Part shown: positions 6,769 to 15,688 of the stretch, one piece after another
Position numbering within the stretch: position 1 is the first letter of the stretch
Layout of the letters: the number at the start of each line of letters is the position of its first letter
IMG/VR virus record: IMGVR_UViG_3300012305_000003
DNA: 38,227 nucleotides
Strand: one strand, 5' to 3'
Source: a virus
The notes under the pieces: generated by a model
Seen by the model: the letters and a program-made list of their open reading frames with translations, nothing else
Told to the model about the DNA's origin: nothing
The model's database searches: none
Made by a program: the position numbers and the translations under genes

Positions 6769-7125
6769 TTATTCACTCTTCATTTTATCAAACGATTCTT
6801 TTATTTTTAAAGTGGTATCATTGAACTCGGGGTATAAAATCATTAGCTTCATTAAGCTTTCATTGCTTAATAGAGCTGGGGCATCATAGAGCTTGCGAAG
6901 CTCCCTCTTATATTCCTTTTCTCTGTTTATTTTATCTATTTGTGCTTGATGTAACTCTCTTTGTTGTCTTGCGTTTTGGACTTGTTGCCCCATTAATACG
7001 CCTTGCTGAAACCCCCGAAATGCAGTGTCTGCTGGGTTTGGTGTGTTTATAGTGTAGTCACCTGGCTGAACACAAAAAGCTGAACCACTCACCACACACA
7101 AAATAAATATAAGTGTTTTTTTCAT
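6769..7125 (-). CDS. Signal-anchored or secreted coiled-coil protein (candidate i-spanin)
   Basis: Hydrophobic N-terminus MKKTLIFILCVVSGSAFCV followed by a charged helical stretch QQVQNARQQRELHQAQIDKINREKEYKRELRKL. Strong SD AAGGAGGGG. It ends 7 nt before the lipoprotein gene. Confidence 0.6.
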   Translation of the reverse strand: MKKTLIFILCVVSGSAFCVQPGDYTINTPNPADTAFRGFQQGVLMGQQVQNARQQRELHQAQIDKINREKEYKRELRKLYDAPALLSNESLMKLMILYPEFNDTTLKIKESFDKMKSE

Positions 7126-7161
7126 AACCCCTCCTTATTTTAAGGAGAGGTTATCACAACT

Positions 7162-8562
7162 TTAAGGCGAAATATTAAAATAGATCGCCTGCCCAGTGCT
7201 TGCCTGCTGACTACGACTTTGTTTATCTTGATTCTTAAGCATTCTCCCTAAATTCTTTTGGTAAAACTCAGGAAATGGAGTGCCTTGCGGAACCCGAACA
7301 CCTAAAACTTCAATATCCCGCTTACTGGAGCCAAGTTGCCCATTTTGACTTGTCCACTCGGCTACCATTTGCTTATGAATGGCATCAATCTCACTCATCT
7401 TAGACATACCGCGCAAGAATGCGGTAATTGTGGTTGAGTCAGCGGTTGCAGGAGGGAAGCCTTTGCGAGCTATTTCAATATCTTTATCAGTTGCTGGCCC
7501 GGGTGGTAAAGATTTATTCACCTCACTGCTAATTAACCGATCATACTCTCGCATCATTGCAGTTTGATCATCATTAGACCACCCTGTGGCTTTCCTAAAC
7601 CCAGACCAGCCAGATGTCCACCAGCCACCAGACTGTCCTTCTTTTTCAAATTTATCAGCCAATCCCCTAAGCTTTTGCGACTGGGTTAATGCTGCTGCTG
7701 AATCCATTACTGCATCATTAACAATCTTTTCAGCACCAGGGCTTAACTTAATGTTGCTTTGCCCCAACTCCTCAAACTTTAACTGGGTATTGGTTTCAAG
7801 TGTATCGCGATCTAACTGCAAGCGACCACTACGCTCACCAATCTGAGACTTAATATTCTCAATGTTCCATGTTTTCTCCTGTGGCAACCAGTCATTCTCA
7901 ATTTCTGTCTGTTTTGTATCGGCTTCAATTTGACCAATCTCAGCTTTAACTTTAGGGCCAATCCATTTGGTCTCTTCTTTTGTTTTGTCAGTCTGTGCTT
8001 TCTTGAGGTTGATTTCCTCTGGTAGCATCTGGCTTTCACCCAATGCGCCCAACACATCCTTGAATTGTGAAGGTGTAGTTGATGCTAGTGTCAGACCTGA
8101 GATTGTTAAAAGCCCGTCAGGATCTGTTTCTGCCATTGCTGCCAGTGTTCGCATTTGATCAGCAGTAGCCTTGTCCCCTGCGTTTTCATAACCCAAAGCT
8201 TCAGTTTCAAGAATGGATTTTGCAACGTTTGGCTGCCCACCAGATAAAGCTGCGTAGATGCGTGATGTTGTCTTGAACGTAGCTTGTTGTTTACCAGAAT
8301 CCAGAACATCATAGCCACGCTTAAAGTCTTCAGCTAAAGCCGGAAACCGCGCCATGATGGTCGCATAGTCTTCATGTGTTTTATTTGGTTTTGATGCAAA
8401 TGCTGAAAGTTCTTCCTGCATTTGCTGCTTTTGAATAGCTTCGCGTTCAGCTTGCTCTTTAGCTTGCATAAACTGCCCGATTTGCATGCCTTGAGTAAGG
8501 CCGGTCATGGCAGTCTGGATAGGGTTTTGCACATCAAGCATATAATTAATTGGCTGTACCAT
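7162..8562 (-). CDS. Ejection/internal virion protein (P22 gp20 position and size)
   Basis: ATG 8562 (MVQPINYMLDV...) lies 2 nt after the upstream stop and gives 466 aa (P22 gp20 is about 470 aa). The ORF-track start at 8628 would overlap the upstream gene by 64 nt. Assignment is by synteny only. Confidence 0.6.
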   Translation of the reverse strand: MVQPINYMLDVQNPIQTAMTGLTQGMQIGQFMQAKEQAEREAIQKQQMQEELSAFASKPNKTHEDYATIMARFPALAEDFKRGYDVLDSGKQQATFKTTSRIYAALSGGQPNVAKSILETEALGYENAGDKATADQMRTLAAMAETDPDGLLTISGLTLASTTPSQFKDVLGALGESQMLPEEINLKKAQTDKTKEETKWIGPKVKAEIGQIEADTKQTEIENDWLPQEKTWNIENIKSQIGERSGRLQLDRDTLETNTQLKFEELGQSNIKLSPGAEKIVNDAVMDSAAALTQSQKLRGLADKFEKEGQSGGWWTSGWSGFRKATGWSNDDQTAMMREYDRLISSEVNKSLPPGPATDKDIEIARKGFPPATADSTTITAFLRGMSKMSEIDAIHKQMVAEWTSQNGQLGSSKRDIEVLGVRVPQGTPFPEFYQKNLGRMLKNQDKQSRSQQASTGQAIYFNISP

Positions 8563-8564
8563 AA

Positions 8565-9206
8565 TTAAAACATCCCCATCATTTTCATTCCGCCAACCTG
8601 ACCAATCGCACCAGTTAGGCCATTCCACATGTTTGCGCTAGCTTGGCCACTTGCCAAGGCTGCACCAGCTTGAGCCGCACCGGACTGCTGGTAAAGGTTT
8701 GAAATATTGCTTGCAGCTTGCATACCTGCGTTACCGGTTCCGGCTGCTGCGTTTTGACCTAGAGAAGTCATGCCCGCTAGGTTTTGATAACGCTGATTGA
8801 TTAACTGATTCAATAATTGCGGTCTAAATTGAGCTAATGCGGCCTGAGTGTTGCCACCACGCAAACCACCAGTAGCGGATGCGTTTTGCAGAATAGCGTT
8901 TTCACCTTGCTGCAAATAGGTTTGCATTTCTGAGCTATTGTTGACATTTCCAATGGCTGCTTGCTGTGCTGCTGTTCCGTTAATACCCAATAAATCCTGC
9001 TGACCAGATAAGCCGCTGAGACCAGCATCCGCATAAGGCTTTAAGAGTTTTTGAACTGCATCAAACTGTCGGCGCTGTTCCTCAACCCCCATTTCAGATG
9101 ATTGGATCTGAGCATTGGCTGCTGAGTTCGCTGCTTTTTTTTGTGCACGGCTGGACATTACACCGCCCACAACCGCACTACCAACTACCGCTGCTGCAAC
9201 TGGCAT
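8565..9206 (-). CDS. Gly/Ala/Gln-rich ejection/internal virion protein (P22 gp7 position and size)
   Basis: 213 aa with a hydrophobic N-terminus MPVAAAVVGSAVVGGVM, a low-complexity Q/A/G/N-rich body and a hydrophobic C-terminus. Assignment is by synteny. Confidence 0.55.
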   Translation of the reverse strand: MPVAAAVVGSAVVGGVMSSRAQKKAANSAANAQIQSSEMGVEEQRRQFDAVQKLLKPYADAGLSGLSGQQDLLGINGTAAQQAAIGNVNNSSEMQTYLQQGENAILQNASATGGLRGGNTQAALAQFRPQLLNQLINQRYQNLAGMTSLGQNAAAGTGNAGMQAASNISNLYQQSGAAQAGAALASGQASANMWNGLTGAIGQVGGMKMMGMF

Positions 9207-9652
9207 AAGTATTCTCCTTTGGCTAAGCCCACCAATATCTGGTCAAGCAACTCACCGTTTTTCAAGAATGATTCAGTTAAAACACCTTCTTTTTTGAATC
9301 CAAGTCGAAGCGCATAAATCAGGGCTTTTTTATTGGTTGAAGGTGTGTAAGAAATTGCTTTTTGATATTTACTAAATAGGTAATCAAGCAGCAATCGCCC
9401 TGCCTGAAATGCTTCTTTTCCACGTAGCAACAAACAGGTGTGAATCTCTGCGGTTACTGCATTTTGAGGAACAAGCATAAACAAACCTTTGATTTCTTCA
9501 TCTTGGTAGATTCCAAGACATTCAAAGGTGTGAGGTAATTGCTGGATTTCATGATTCTTAGATGCATCGTCCGAAATATCATCATTGACTGCAGCATCTA
9601 AAATCACGCGGTTTATTACTTTGATGTCATTTAGAGGCTGCAATGTAATCAT
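9185..9652 (-). CDS. GNAT-like (N-acetyltransferase fold) protein in the P22 gene-14 position
   Basis: The C-terminal KKALIYALRLGFKKEGVLTESFLKNGELLDQILVGL resembles the GNAT beta4-alpha3/alpha4 region. Translationally coupled on both sides. Confidence 0.45.
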   Translation of the reverse strand: MITLQPLNDIKVINRVILDAAVNDDISDDASKNHEIQQLPHTFECLGIYQDEEIKGLFMLVPQNAVTAEIHTCLLLRGKEAFQAGRLLLDYLFSKYQKAISYTPSTNKKALIYALRLGFKKEGVLTESFLKNGELLDQILVGLAKGEYLCQLQQR

Positions 9653-9984
9653 GTGACCTCTCGCCCTGATGCTCGAATAGTGAGTGAACTAGCAGCACTG
9701 GCAATCATGCTAATTGCATCGCCAGAGTCCAGTACATGTCCAACCAACTCAGGGCAAACATAAGTTTCACCCGATGCAACCGATTTATCTTTAATAAGTG
9801 CGTTGGCATCACTAACCGCACCACCCGAAGGCACAACATTACAACTGAATGTCACGGCTGCTGCTGTCGTATTGGTGACCGTAACCTTATCAATCATGGT
9901 TTTAGCATTGGCGGCAATATATTGATTTGTTTGTGCTGCTTCTAATTGTTTAGAAGGAATAATACATTTAACTTTGACAGCCAT
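9649..9984 (-). CDS. Hypothetical beta-rich virion protein (possible tail-needle distal knob)
   Basis: 111 aa, Thr/Val/Ala/Ser-rich. Its start shares a TAATG overlap with the upstream ORF. It sits in the P22 gp26 position. Confidence 0.5.
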   Translation of the reverse strand: MAVKVKCIIPSKQLEAAQTNQYIAANAKTMIDKVTVTNTTAAAVTFSCNVVPSGGAVSDANALIKDKSVASGETYVCPELVGHVLDSGDAISMIASAASSLTIRASGREVT

Positions 9985-10340
9985 TAAACTATCTCCAATG
10001 TTGAGATTTCATGGTGGTGAATATGGGTAGGCTCGATATGATCGGTTGTGACATGCTCATAACGCGGTGTTAATTCGTCATGTTGGCAGTTGCACTGATG
10101 CACTGGCTCCATTGCTTTGACTTCTGCTAAAGCTTCTATCGCTTGAATCAAAGCGATTGCTAATGCGGCCTGAGTGGCTGCACTCTCGACCTGAAATTGA
10201 ATTTCGTCTAGGCTTCCATCTTGTCGATTGAACTCACTCGGTATAACTTCAAAAACCTGCTCAAAGGCTTTAAGTGTTCTCGGGTCTTTAAAGATCTTGG
10301 CGAGTTCTTCACGGCTTGGTTTTTTAGGTCTAACTAGCAT
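9984..10340 (-). CDS. Hypothetical helical protein with a His-rich C-terminus (possible tail-needle/plug N-terminal part)
   Basis: 118 aa with a helical centre ESAATQAALAIALIQAIEALAEVKA and a C-terminus HVTTDHIEPTHIHHHE. It lies directly after the gp10-like gene. Confidence 0.5.
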   Translation of the reverse strand: MLVRPKKPSREELAKIFKDPRTLKAFEQVFEVIPSEFNRQDGSLDEIQFQVESAATQAALAIALIQAIEALAEVKAMEPVHQCNCQHDELTPRYEHVTTDHIEPTHIHHHEISTLEIV

Positions 10341-11726
10341 TTAAACCCCCAGTGGCTCTATTTTTGCCTCTAGTCTTGCAACTGATAAGCGTGCTGCTGA
10401 TGTGCCTGTAAATCGCTGTATGCGCCAGTTTTGCATATAACCTTGCTGGAACCACACAAGGCGCTTTGTGCGCTCTCCACGCTTACCCACACCAATAAAC
10501 TTAGGCATGGACCACTCAATACCATCTACTGAGTATTGTGTGTAGATTCTGGATTCTTTATTGAAAGCATTGCGACCAGTTAAAGCCACCAATTCGAGTT
10601 GATGGAAGATGGCGCCGGTAGAATTGTTATAGACAATCGCTGTACCAAACTGCCATTCAATTTCATCACCCCAATGCTCGCCCGATTCATCTGTAAGAAC
10701 ACCTAGTTTTGGCTCTGAAGTGTGACCTACAAACCACTGGTTATGCGCATAGGTCATATTTCTGGCTGTGTAGCCATTGCCGCTATTTAAAATGAACCAT
10801 GTGGATTGCTCGGTAGCTTGTGAGGCTGTGGCATCATAAACCAGTGTTTGATCTGGTAAATGAATATAAAGCCATGAATGACCCTCAATCTGACGCGACT
10901 CTAACTGTGAATTCGTGAGCTGAGATTCTGTATAACCAGAAAGAATCTGCTCTATTTCACGCGTTGCAATCTTTTGGGTTGATCCAGCCGCTGCAATATA
11001 AATACTAACTGCTTCATTCCGACCACCGCCCAGCATGGCAATTGCATCCATGTAGACACAGCATGCTTTTCTGCTGATCGCGCCTTTCATAACCTGAGCA
11101 CCATCAATACGCTGGAATGGGAAGAACTCACCACCAACGTTATCAAACACTTCAATGGTATGGCGGTTCAGCACATATACTTCATTTCGAAGCTTAATTA
11201 AGCCAACAATAGGATCAGGGTCAACTTCGGAAGAACCGTATTTTAATGGGTTTACTTCAAATGGATTGTTCAATTCGGTGACTACAATATTATTGCTATC
11301 ACTTGTCATGAAGTAACCATCAATCCAGATTACGTCATGCACAACCCCTAGATTTGAGTCAGTGACCTGTTTTAACGTGCCGCTATACAGATATAGCGAT
11401 GTGCCTGCATTAATGGCCAGATAATCAAATGAGTAGTCAAATGAACACGGGCCGCCGGATTGCACATCACCCAGCTCGATAACCTGCCCGGATGCTGAGA
11501 TTTTTACAAACTTGGTGCCGCACACCCGGTAATGCTCACCATGCCAAACAATACCACCGCGATCTACACCAGGCAGATCAGCAACATGGTTAATGCCCTC
11601 GGCTGGTCTTAAATATCCTGCTGAAATCCCCTGCCCTTTTGGTACTGGAATCAGGTTGACAGGGTAAGCTGTGCGAAAATCAGAGTTATTGTCAGTATAG
11701 ATTCCATCCAAAATAGGGATTTGCAT
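10341..11726 (-). CDS. Tail hub protein, P22 gp10-like
   Basis: 461 aa from ATG 11726 (MQIPILDG...), 2 nt after the upstream stop. YLRPAEGI and HLPDQTLVYDATASQ match recalled P22 gp10 YLRSFPGI and HLPRHVLVYDASSSQ. Size matches (gp10 is 472 aa). Confidence 0.75.
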   Translation of the reverse strand: MQIPILDGIYTDNNSDFRTAYPVNLIPVPKGQGISAGYLRPAEGINHVADLPGVDRGGIVWHGEHYRVCGTKFVKISASGQVIELGDVQSGGPCSFDYSFDYLAINAGTSLYLYSGTLKQVTDSNLGVVHDVIWIDGYFMTSDSNNIVVTELNNPFEVNPLKYGSSEVDPDPIVGLIKLRNEVYVLNRHTIEVFDNVGGEFFPFQRIDGAQVMKGAISRKACCVYMDAIAMLGGGRNEAVSIYIAAAGSTQKIATREIEQILSGYTESQLTNSQLESRQIEGHSWLYIHLPDQTLVYDATASQATEQSTWFILNSGNGYTARNMTYAHNQWFVGHTSEPKLGVLTDESGEHWGDEIEWQFGTAIVYNNSTGAIFHQLELVALTGRNAFNKESRIYTQYSVDGIEWSMPKFIGVGKRGERTKRLVWFQQGYMQNWRIQRFTGTSAARLSVARLEAKIEPLGV

Positions 11727-11728
11727 AT

Positions 11729-12181
11729 TTACCCCACTCGATACCAAGTATTTGAGAGCTTGTCGTACTTCAATTTAAAGAAACCATTTGCTGCCAAGGC
11801 GTTTGGCGCACCAATGACAAGCGCATTATTTCCATCGACTGAGAAGTTATTCACCTGTTGAGCACAAGCAACCAGTAAAACCTGACCATCTGTAACGTCG
11901 TAACGCTCAGGCATTTTGATTGATCCAGTGGCGATACTTAAAGATGGATTGAGAATCAAGTATGTACCAACTTCGTGATTTTCTATATCCAGCGTAAAAT
12001 CTGCATTTGGGTTAAAGTGCTGAATATTGATTGGCGGGTAATCAACTTTTTTGATACTTTCCTGAATTTTCTCAATCAATAAATCAACTGGCGCACCACG
12101 ATAATCCTGATTGTTTGCACTCCAGATCACAACTGAATCATTTGGACCAATACGATCCGTAATATTTAATCGTTTATTCAT
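11729..12181 (-). CDS. Hypothetical virion-module protein
   Basis: 150-aa ORF tightly packed between the gp4-like and gp10-like genes. No motif recognised. Confidence 0.55.
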   Translation of the reverse strand: MNKRLNITDRIGPNDSVVIWSANNQDYRGAPVDLLIEKIQESIKKVDYPPINIQHFNPNADFTLDIENHEVGTYLILNPSLSIATGSIKMPERYDVTDGQVLLVACAQQVNNFSVDGNNALVIGAPNALAANGFFKLKYDKLSNTWYRVG

Positions 12182-12656
12182 TGGAAAAACTCACTGATGT
12201 GTCGGGAGTAAATACTGTTTTAGTTGGCATCTTTTCGATGAATGGCAGACAATCACCTTTGTGACCAGCACCACGCGGCAATGATGGATCAAGTCGAACT
12301 CTTGGTGGGTTGCTAAGCATGGCTAATTGAATTGTTTCAAATGCATCCTTTGCCATGGCTTTTAACTCAATCGGCACAGCCTTGCCAAAAGAGCCGGCCA
12401 GCCGAATCGCCAGATTTAAGCGAACTGCTTCAATTGCGTAATCTGGAATATGAGTATCTTCATCCAGATCGCCACTCTTGGCACTTGAGCCCAATGGATA
12501 ACCAAAGCGGATATCCTTGGCATCCCATAGGCCCATCATGGTGTCGAGCTTGAGCTTTGCGCTTTCCACCTGCTCCGGCTGCATGTCAAACACATAAGAT
12601 GCAAGTCCTAGTTCCTCAAGAGCCTGCTCAACAATCTGTCTTTTTGTCCAGGACAT
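12174..12656 (-). CDS. Head-to-tail adaptor, P22 gp4-like
   Basis: MSWTKRQIVEQALEELGLAS...LKLDTMMGLWDAKDIRFGY parallels recalled P22 gp4 ([21 protein letters not shown]...LEAMMAEWYQDG). About 160 aa. Confidence 0.65.
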   Translation of the reverse strand: MSWTKRQIVEQALEELGLASYVFDMQPEQVESAKLKLDTMMGLWDAKDIRFGYPLGSSAKSGDLDEDTHIPDYAIEAVRLNLAIRLAGSFGKAVPIELKAMAKDAFETIQLAMLSNPPRVRLDPSLPRGAGHKGDCLPFIEKMPTKTVFTPDTSVSFSNE

Positions 12657-13032
12657 CTGGCACCTCACTTTCTTTAAACATGCTGAATAAGTCCTGAGCT
12701 ATGCACTGAATTGAATATGCTTCAAATTCAACACTTGGTTTTTTCTCGCGCATAAGCTTTTTAATTCGCTGCCAGATATGCACAGCTTCATGCAGCAAAA
12801 GCCCATGAACTTCAATCAATGTTCTTTCGCTACAATCACCAAGCTGAACAATGCAATGCTTACCACCACCGTAATAATCAACCTGAGCACCAGTACCCAA
12901 ATGCATAAACTCTTGTGTGTCACTCATATCATCAAACAGCAGATCAAATTGATCTTGATTGCGGACTAGAGTGTATTTTGAGTGTCCAAAAGGTGAGATA
13001 TGCCACTCAGGCACATAGTTATTACTGATCAT
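12628..13032 (-). CDS. Small HExxH-motif protein (putative minimal zinc metallopeptidase) in the head-tail module
   Basis: 134 aa containing HGLLLHEAVHIWQ (HExxH). Otherwise unrecognised. Confidence 0.5.
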   Translation of the reverse strand: MISNNYVPEWHISPFGHSKYTLVRNQDQFDLLFDDMSDTQEFMHLGTGAQVDYYGGGKHCIVQLGDCSERTLIEVHGLLLHEAVHIWQRIKKLMREKKPSVEFEAYSIQCIAQDLFSMFKESEVPDVLDKKTDC

Positions 13033-13050
13033 ACCGATGGCCTTATAAGC

Positions 13051-13482
13051 TTATTCTTTTGATTCCTTAGACTCATGATCCAGCACCAACTGAGCTAATT
13101 CAGGCTTTCCAGCATTGGCTTTGTATTTAACTTCAGCTTTATCAAGAATGGCTTTAAGCTCATCCGCCGGCTTATCTTCCAGTCCCTTGAAGCGGATCTG
13201 TTTGCGTAGCTCTTGGTTTTCCTTAAGGGCTTCGACCAGTTCTTCTTTAAGCTTGGTGTTTTCTTCACCTAGCGCATCAAATTGTTCAACTGGTACAAAT
13301 GCAGATGAATCAATTTCAGAAACTGAGCCGCCAGTCACTGGTTCACGTTCAGGCAATTCACCAAAAACCACCCAACCAGAATCAAGTAACTCTTTTTCTG
13401 ATTCTTCATTCGATGCGGTTTGGTATTCGTATTTGATCTTATCGCCCTTGTAGAGCATTTTTGGATAATTCGACATTTTCAC
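13051..13482 (-). CDS. Hypothetical acidic coiled-coil protein
   Basis: 143 aa. GGAG SD 8 nt upstream. Coiled-coil stretch EENTKLKEELVEALKENQELRKQI. Confidence 0.6.
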   Translation of the reverse strand: MKMSNYPKMLYKGDKIKYEYQTASNEESEKELLDSGWVVFGELPEREPVTGGSVSEIDSSAFVPVEQFDALGEENTKLKEELVEALKENQELRKQIRFKGLEDKPADELKAILDKAEVKYKANAGKPELAQLVLDHESKESKE

Positions 13483-13486
13483 TACT

Positions 13487-13529
13487 CCAAAAATGACGAC
13501 GCCCGCATATAGCGGGCATTTGTCGTCAT
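13487..13529 (-). terminator. Strong intrinsic terminator (minus strand) right after the coat gene
   Basis: The minus strand reads ATGACGAC-aaat-GCCCGC-tatat-GCGGGC-GTCGTCAT followed by TTTTT. Confidence 0.8.
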
Positions 13530-13538
13530 GGTTTTGTT

Positions 13539-14786
13539 TTAGGTCTGATTTTCTAGCATGATGCCAGCCAATTCAGGGTTAAGCACTTCCACGTTCGCCC
13601 ATACGAATAAACGGTAGTTAGCCGCTAATGTGTCGACGTTGGAATCGGACAGCATCACAATCTGAATGCCGCTATCAGTGGTCGCTTTACGAACACGCTT
13701 GCCTGAAGCTTCAAACGGCTCAGTATTGAAGTCAGCATGCACAATTTCAATCGCTGATTTTTCATAGAACACGCTGGCCGCAGAGGTCTTTTTGTTCAGG
13801 ATGGTAATTGCTGCATCTGCTGCCGCACCAGTAGTCACGTTTGCATAAGCTTTTTGAGCTGCTGCGATGCCATCTGCAGGAACGATTGCAGGCGAAATTG
13901 TCCAGTTACCACCGTTGATTGCAAGAATACGGAAAGTTTTTAATTGTCCGGTAGATTGCTTGTTGATATGGCCAACCGCATATACACCTGCGATTGTAAA
14001 CACATCACCAACCGCCGCACCTGTACCAGTTTTAACTACTAGGGTTTGAGTTCGGTTGTCAGCAGGGGTGCCGTTCACATCAGCAGAAACTGGAGTGTGA
14101 GACTGTGCACCACTAACTAGATAGCCTGCACCGGTTGAACCTGCAATTGATTTACCGTAATCAACACGGAAGGTATCAAAGCCTGCAATCGGCTGAAGTG
14201 TAGAGCGCTGATAAGCGTTCATTGGCGCTGTGTTCATTGTTTGACGACCAGCAAGGTTGCCAGCAATGTTTTTCGCCATACGTGGATTCAGCAGCATGAT
14301 ACGCTCGCCACGAGTCGCCTGTTGCTCAAGCATTAAAGCATCAGCTTCAGCAGCATCATCATAGGTATCAATTGCACCTGAGTTGATCACCGCTAGAGTG
14401 CCGCGCTCTGCAATACGGTTAGCAACCAGAGTATCCAACTTGTTAGAAAGCAGGATGTTTGAGGTTTTAACAATATTGTCAAAAGCATACGGGTTGTTCA
14501 GATCCACACCAGTCAGCTTCACCGGTACGTTACGGATATGCGATTCAGTCAGAGTGGCTGGAACGGTAAGCTCTATCAGATCCTTGTACTGACCAGTGAC
14601 GTCACGACCATCAACGATTTCAGTCATTAAAGGCATCGGACGGTGGAAAGTCTGACCATTCAAAGCAAGCGCTTCTGCTGGTGCTTTGTATTGAGAAACG
14701 TTTTTAGAGCTAATGTTGGTTGCATCAAAGCCAGCCACAACATCATCAAAGAAAACATCAATTTTTTTAGCAAATGAGTTCGCCAT
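13539..14786 (-). CDS. Major capsid (coat) protein, P22-coat-like by size and position
   Basis: 415 aa between scaffold and terminator. P22 coat is 430 aa. High-expression context, with a strong terminator downstream. Confidence 0.75.
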   Translation of the reverse strand: MANSFAKKIDVFFDDVVAGFDATNISSKNVSQYKAPAEALALNGQTFHRPMPLMTEIVDGRDVTGQYKDLIELTVPATLTESHIRNVPVKLTGVDLNNPYAFDNIVKTSNILLSNKLDTLVANRIAERGTLAVINSGAIDTYDDAAEADALMLEQQATRGERIMLLNPRMAKNIAGNLAGRQTMNTAPMNAYQRSTLQPIAGFDTFRVDYGKSIAGSTGAGYLVSGAQSHTPVSADVNGTPADNRTQTLVVKTGTGAAVGDVFTIAGVYAVGHINKQSTGQLKTFRILAINGGNWTISPAIVPADGIAAAQKAYANVTTGAAADAAITILNKKTSAASVFYEKSAIEIVHADFNTEPFEASGKRVRKATTDSGIQIVMLSDSNVDTLAANYRLFVWANVEVLNPELAGIMLENQT

Positions 14787-14797
14787 AAGTATTCACC

Positions 14798-15688
14798 TTA
14801 TTTCTGTAAAGATTTTTTGTATTTAATCAGCTCGGTACGATCACCAGTTTTCGCTGCTTTCGCTTCGAGTTGCGCTAACTTTTGATCTACCACACCAGAC
14901 AAACCAGCCGATCCACTAGGTTTTCGCTCTGGTTGAGTTGATGGTTTACGAGTTTGGATTTTCATTTGAGAGTCCAGTTTTGCTGCAGCAAAGGCGAATT
15001 GAATCGGGTCTGTAATTTCAGAAAGCTCTTGTGCTTTCTTTGGGTTTTTCCCCAAGTGATACAAAATCAATTCAGGATTTTCAGCAGCATGAATCAAAAT
15101 GCCCTGTTGTGTTGGGGTGAGCTTGTCTTTTGCGGCTTCTTCTACTTCCTCAAAGTCACGAACTTTGGATGCTACATTTTGACGTCGCTCTTCATAGCTT
15201 TGCATTTTGGTCTGCCATGCTTGCTTAGCCTTTTCTTCTTCAGCCTGCTTTGCTGCCTGCTGCTGTTCAACTTGACGTTTGCGCTCATGCCATTGTTCAA
15301 CTGCGCTTTCAAATTGATCTTCGTCATAATCAAAGTCGGAAAGCTTTGGCTTTTGCCCAACCTCAATCGGCTTCTCATCCGGTTTAGCCTGTTGCACCTG
15401 AGCTTCTAGCTCTTTGATGCGTTTTCGTGCTTCCCGCTCTTTTTTGCGAAGGTCTTTTACCCATGTCGGTGCTGGTTTACCGCTAAAGTCATCCTCACCG
15501 GATGGTTCCGGTTCTTCATCACCTATCGTAATGACAAACTCTTCGTCTTCAGATGTCTCATCATCAGACTGGCTTGCTTCATTTTGGGTTTCTTCTGAAT
15601 TTTCCTGACTTTCACCTTCCTGACTGTCTTCAATCGGGTCGATGTTGTCTTCTTCATCCAGTTCTGTGCGCAGGTCTTCAATTGACAT
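14798..15688 (-). CDS. Scaffolding protein
   Basis: 296 aa, extremely acidic N-terminus, long charged helical region, between the portal and coat genes. Confidence 0.7.
   Translation of the reverse strand: MSIEDLRTELDEEDNIDPIEDSQEGESQENSEETQNEASQSDDETSEDEEFVITIGDEEPEPSGEDDFSGKPAPTWVKDLRKKEREARKRIKELEAQVQQAKPDEKPIEVGQKPKLSDFDYDEDQFESAVEQWHERKRQVEQQQAAKQAEEEKAKQAWQTKMQSYEERRQNVASKVRDFEEVEEAAKDKLTPTQQGILIHAAENPELILYHLGKNPKKAQELSEITDPIQFAFAAAKLDSQMKIQTRKPSTQPERKPSGSAGLSGVVDQKLAQLEAKAAKTGDRTELIKYKKSLQK

Noticed and set aside
7131-7152. Hairpin CTCCTTA-aaat-AAGGAG between the gp20-like gene and the 118-aa ORF, considered as a terminator
   Set aside because: There is no U-tract, and the 3' arm is the Shine-Dalgarno of the next gene. 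At most it is a translational-coupling or SD-masking structure, and the evidence is too weak to call.
14954-15608. Plus-strand ORFs (151 aa, 64 aa) and the 68-aa minus-strand ORF within the scaffold gene
   Set aside because: They are shadows of a highly biased (Glu/Lys/Gln-rich) gene and give Phe/Leu-rich nonsense on the opposite strand.
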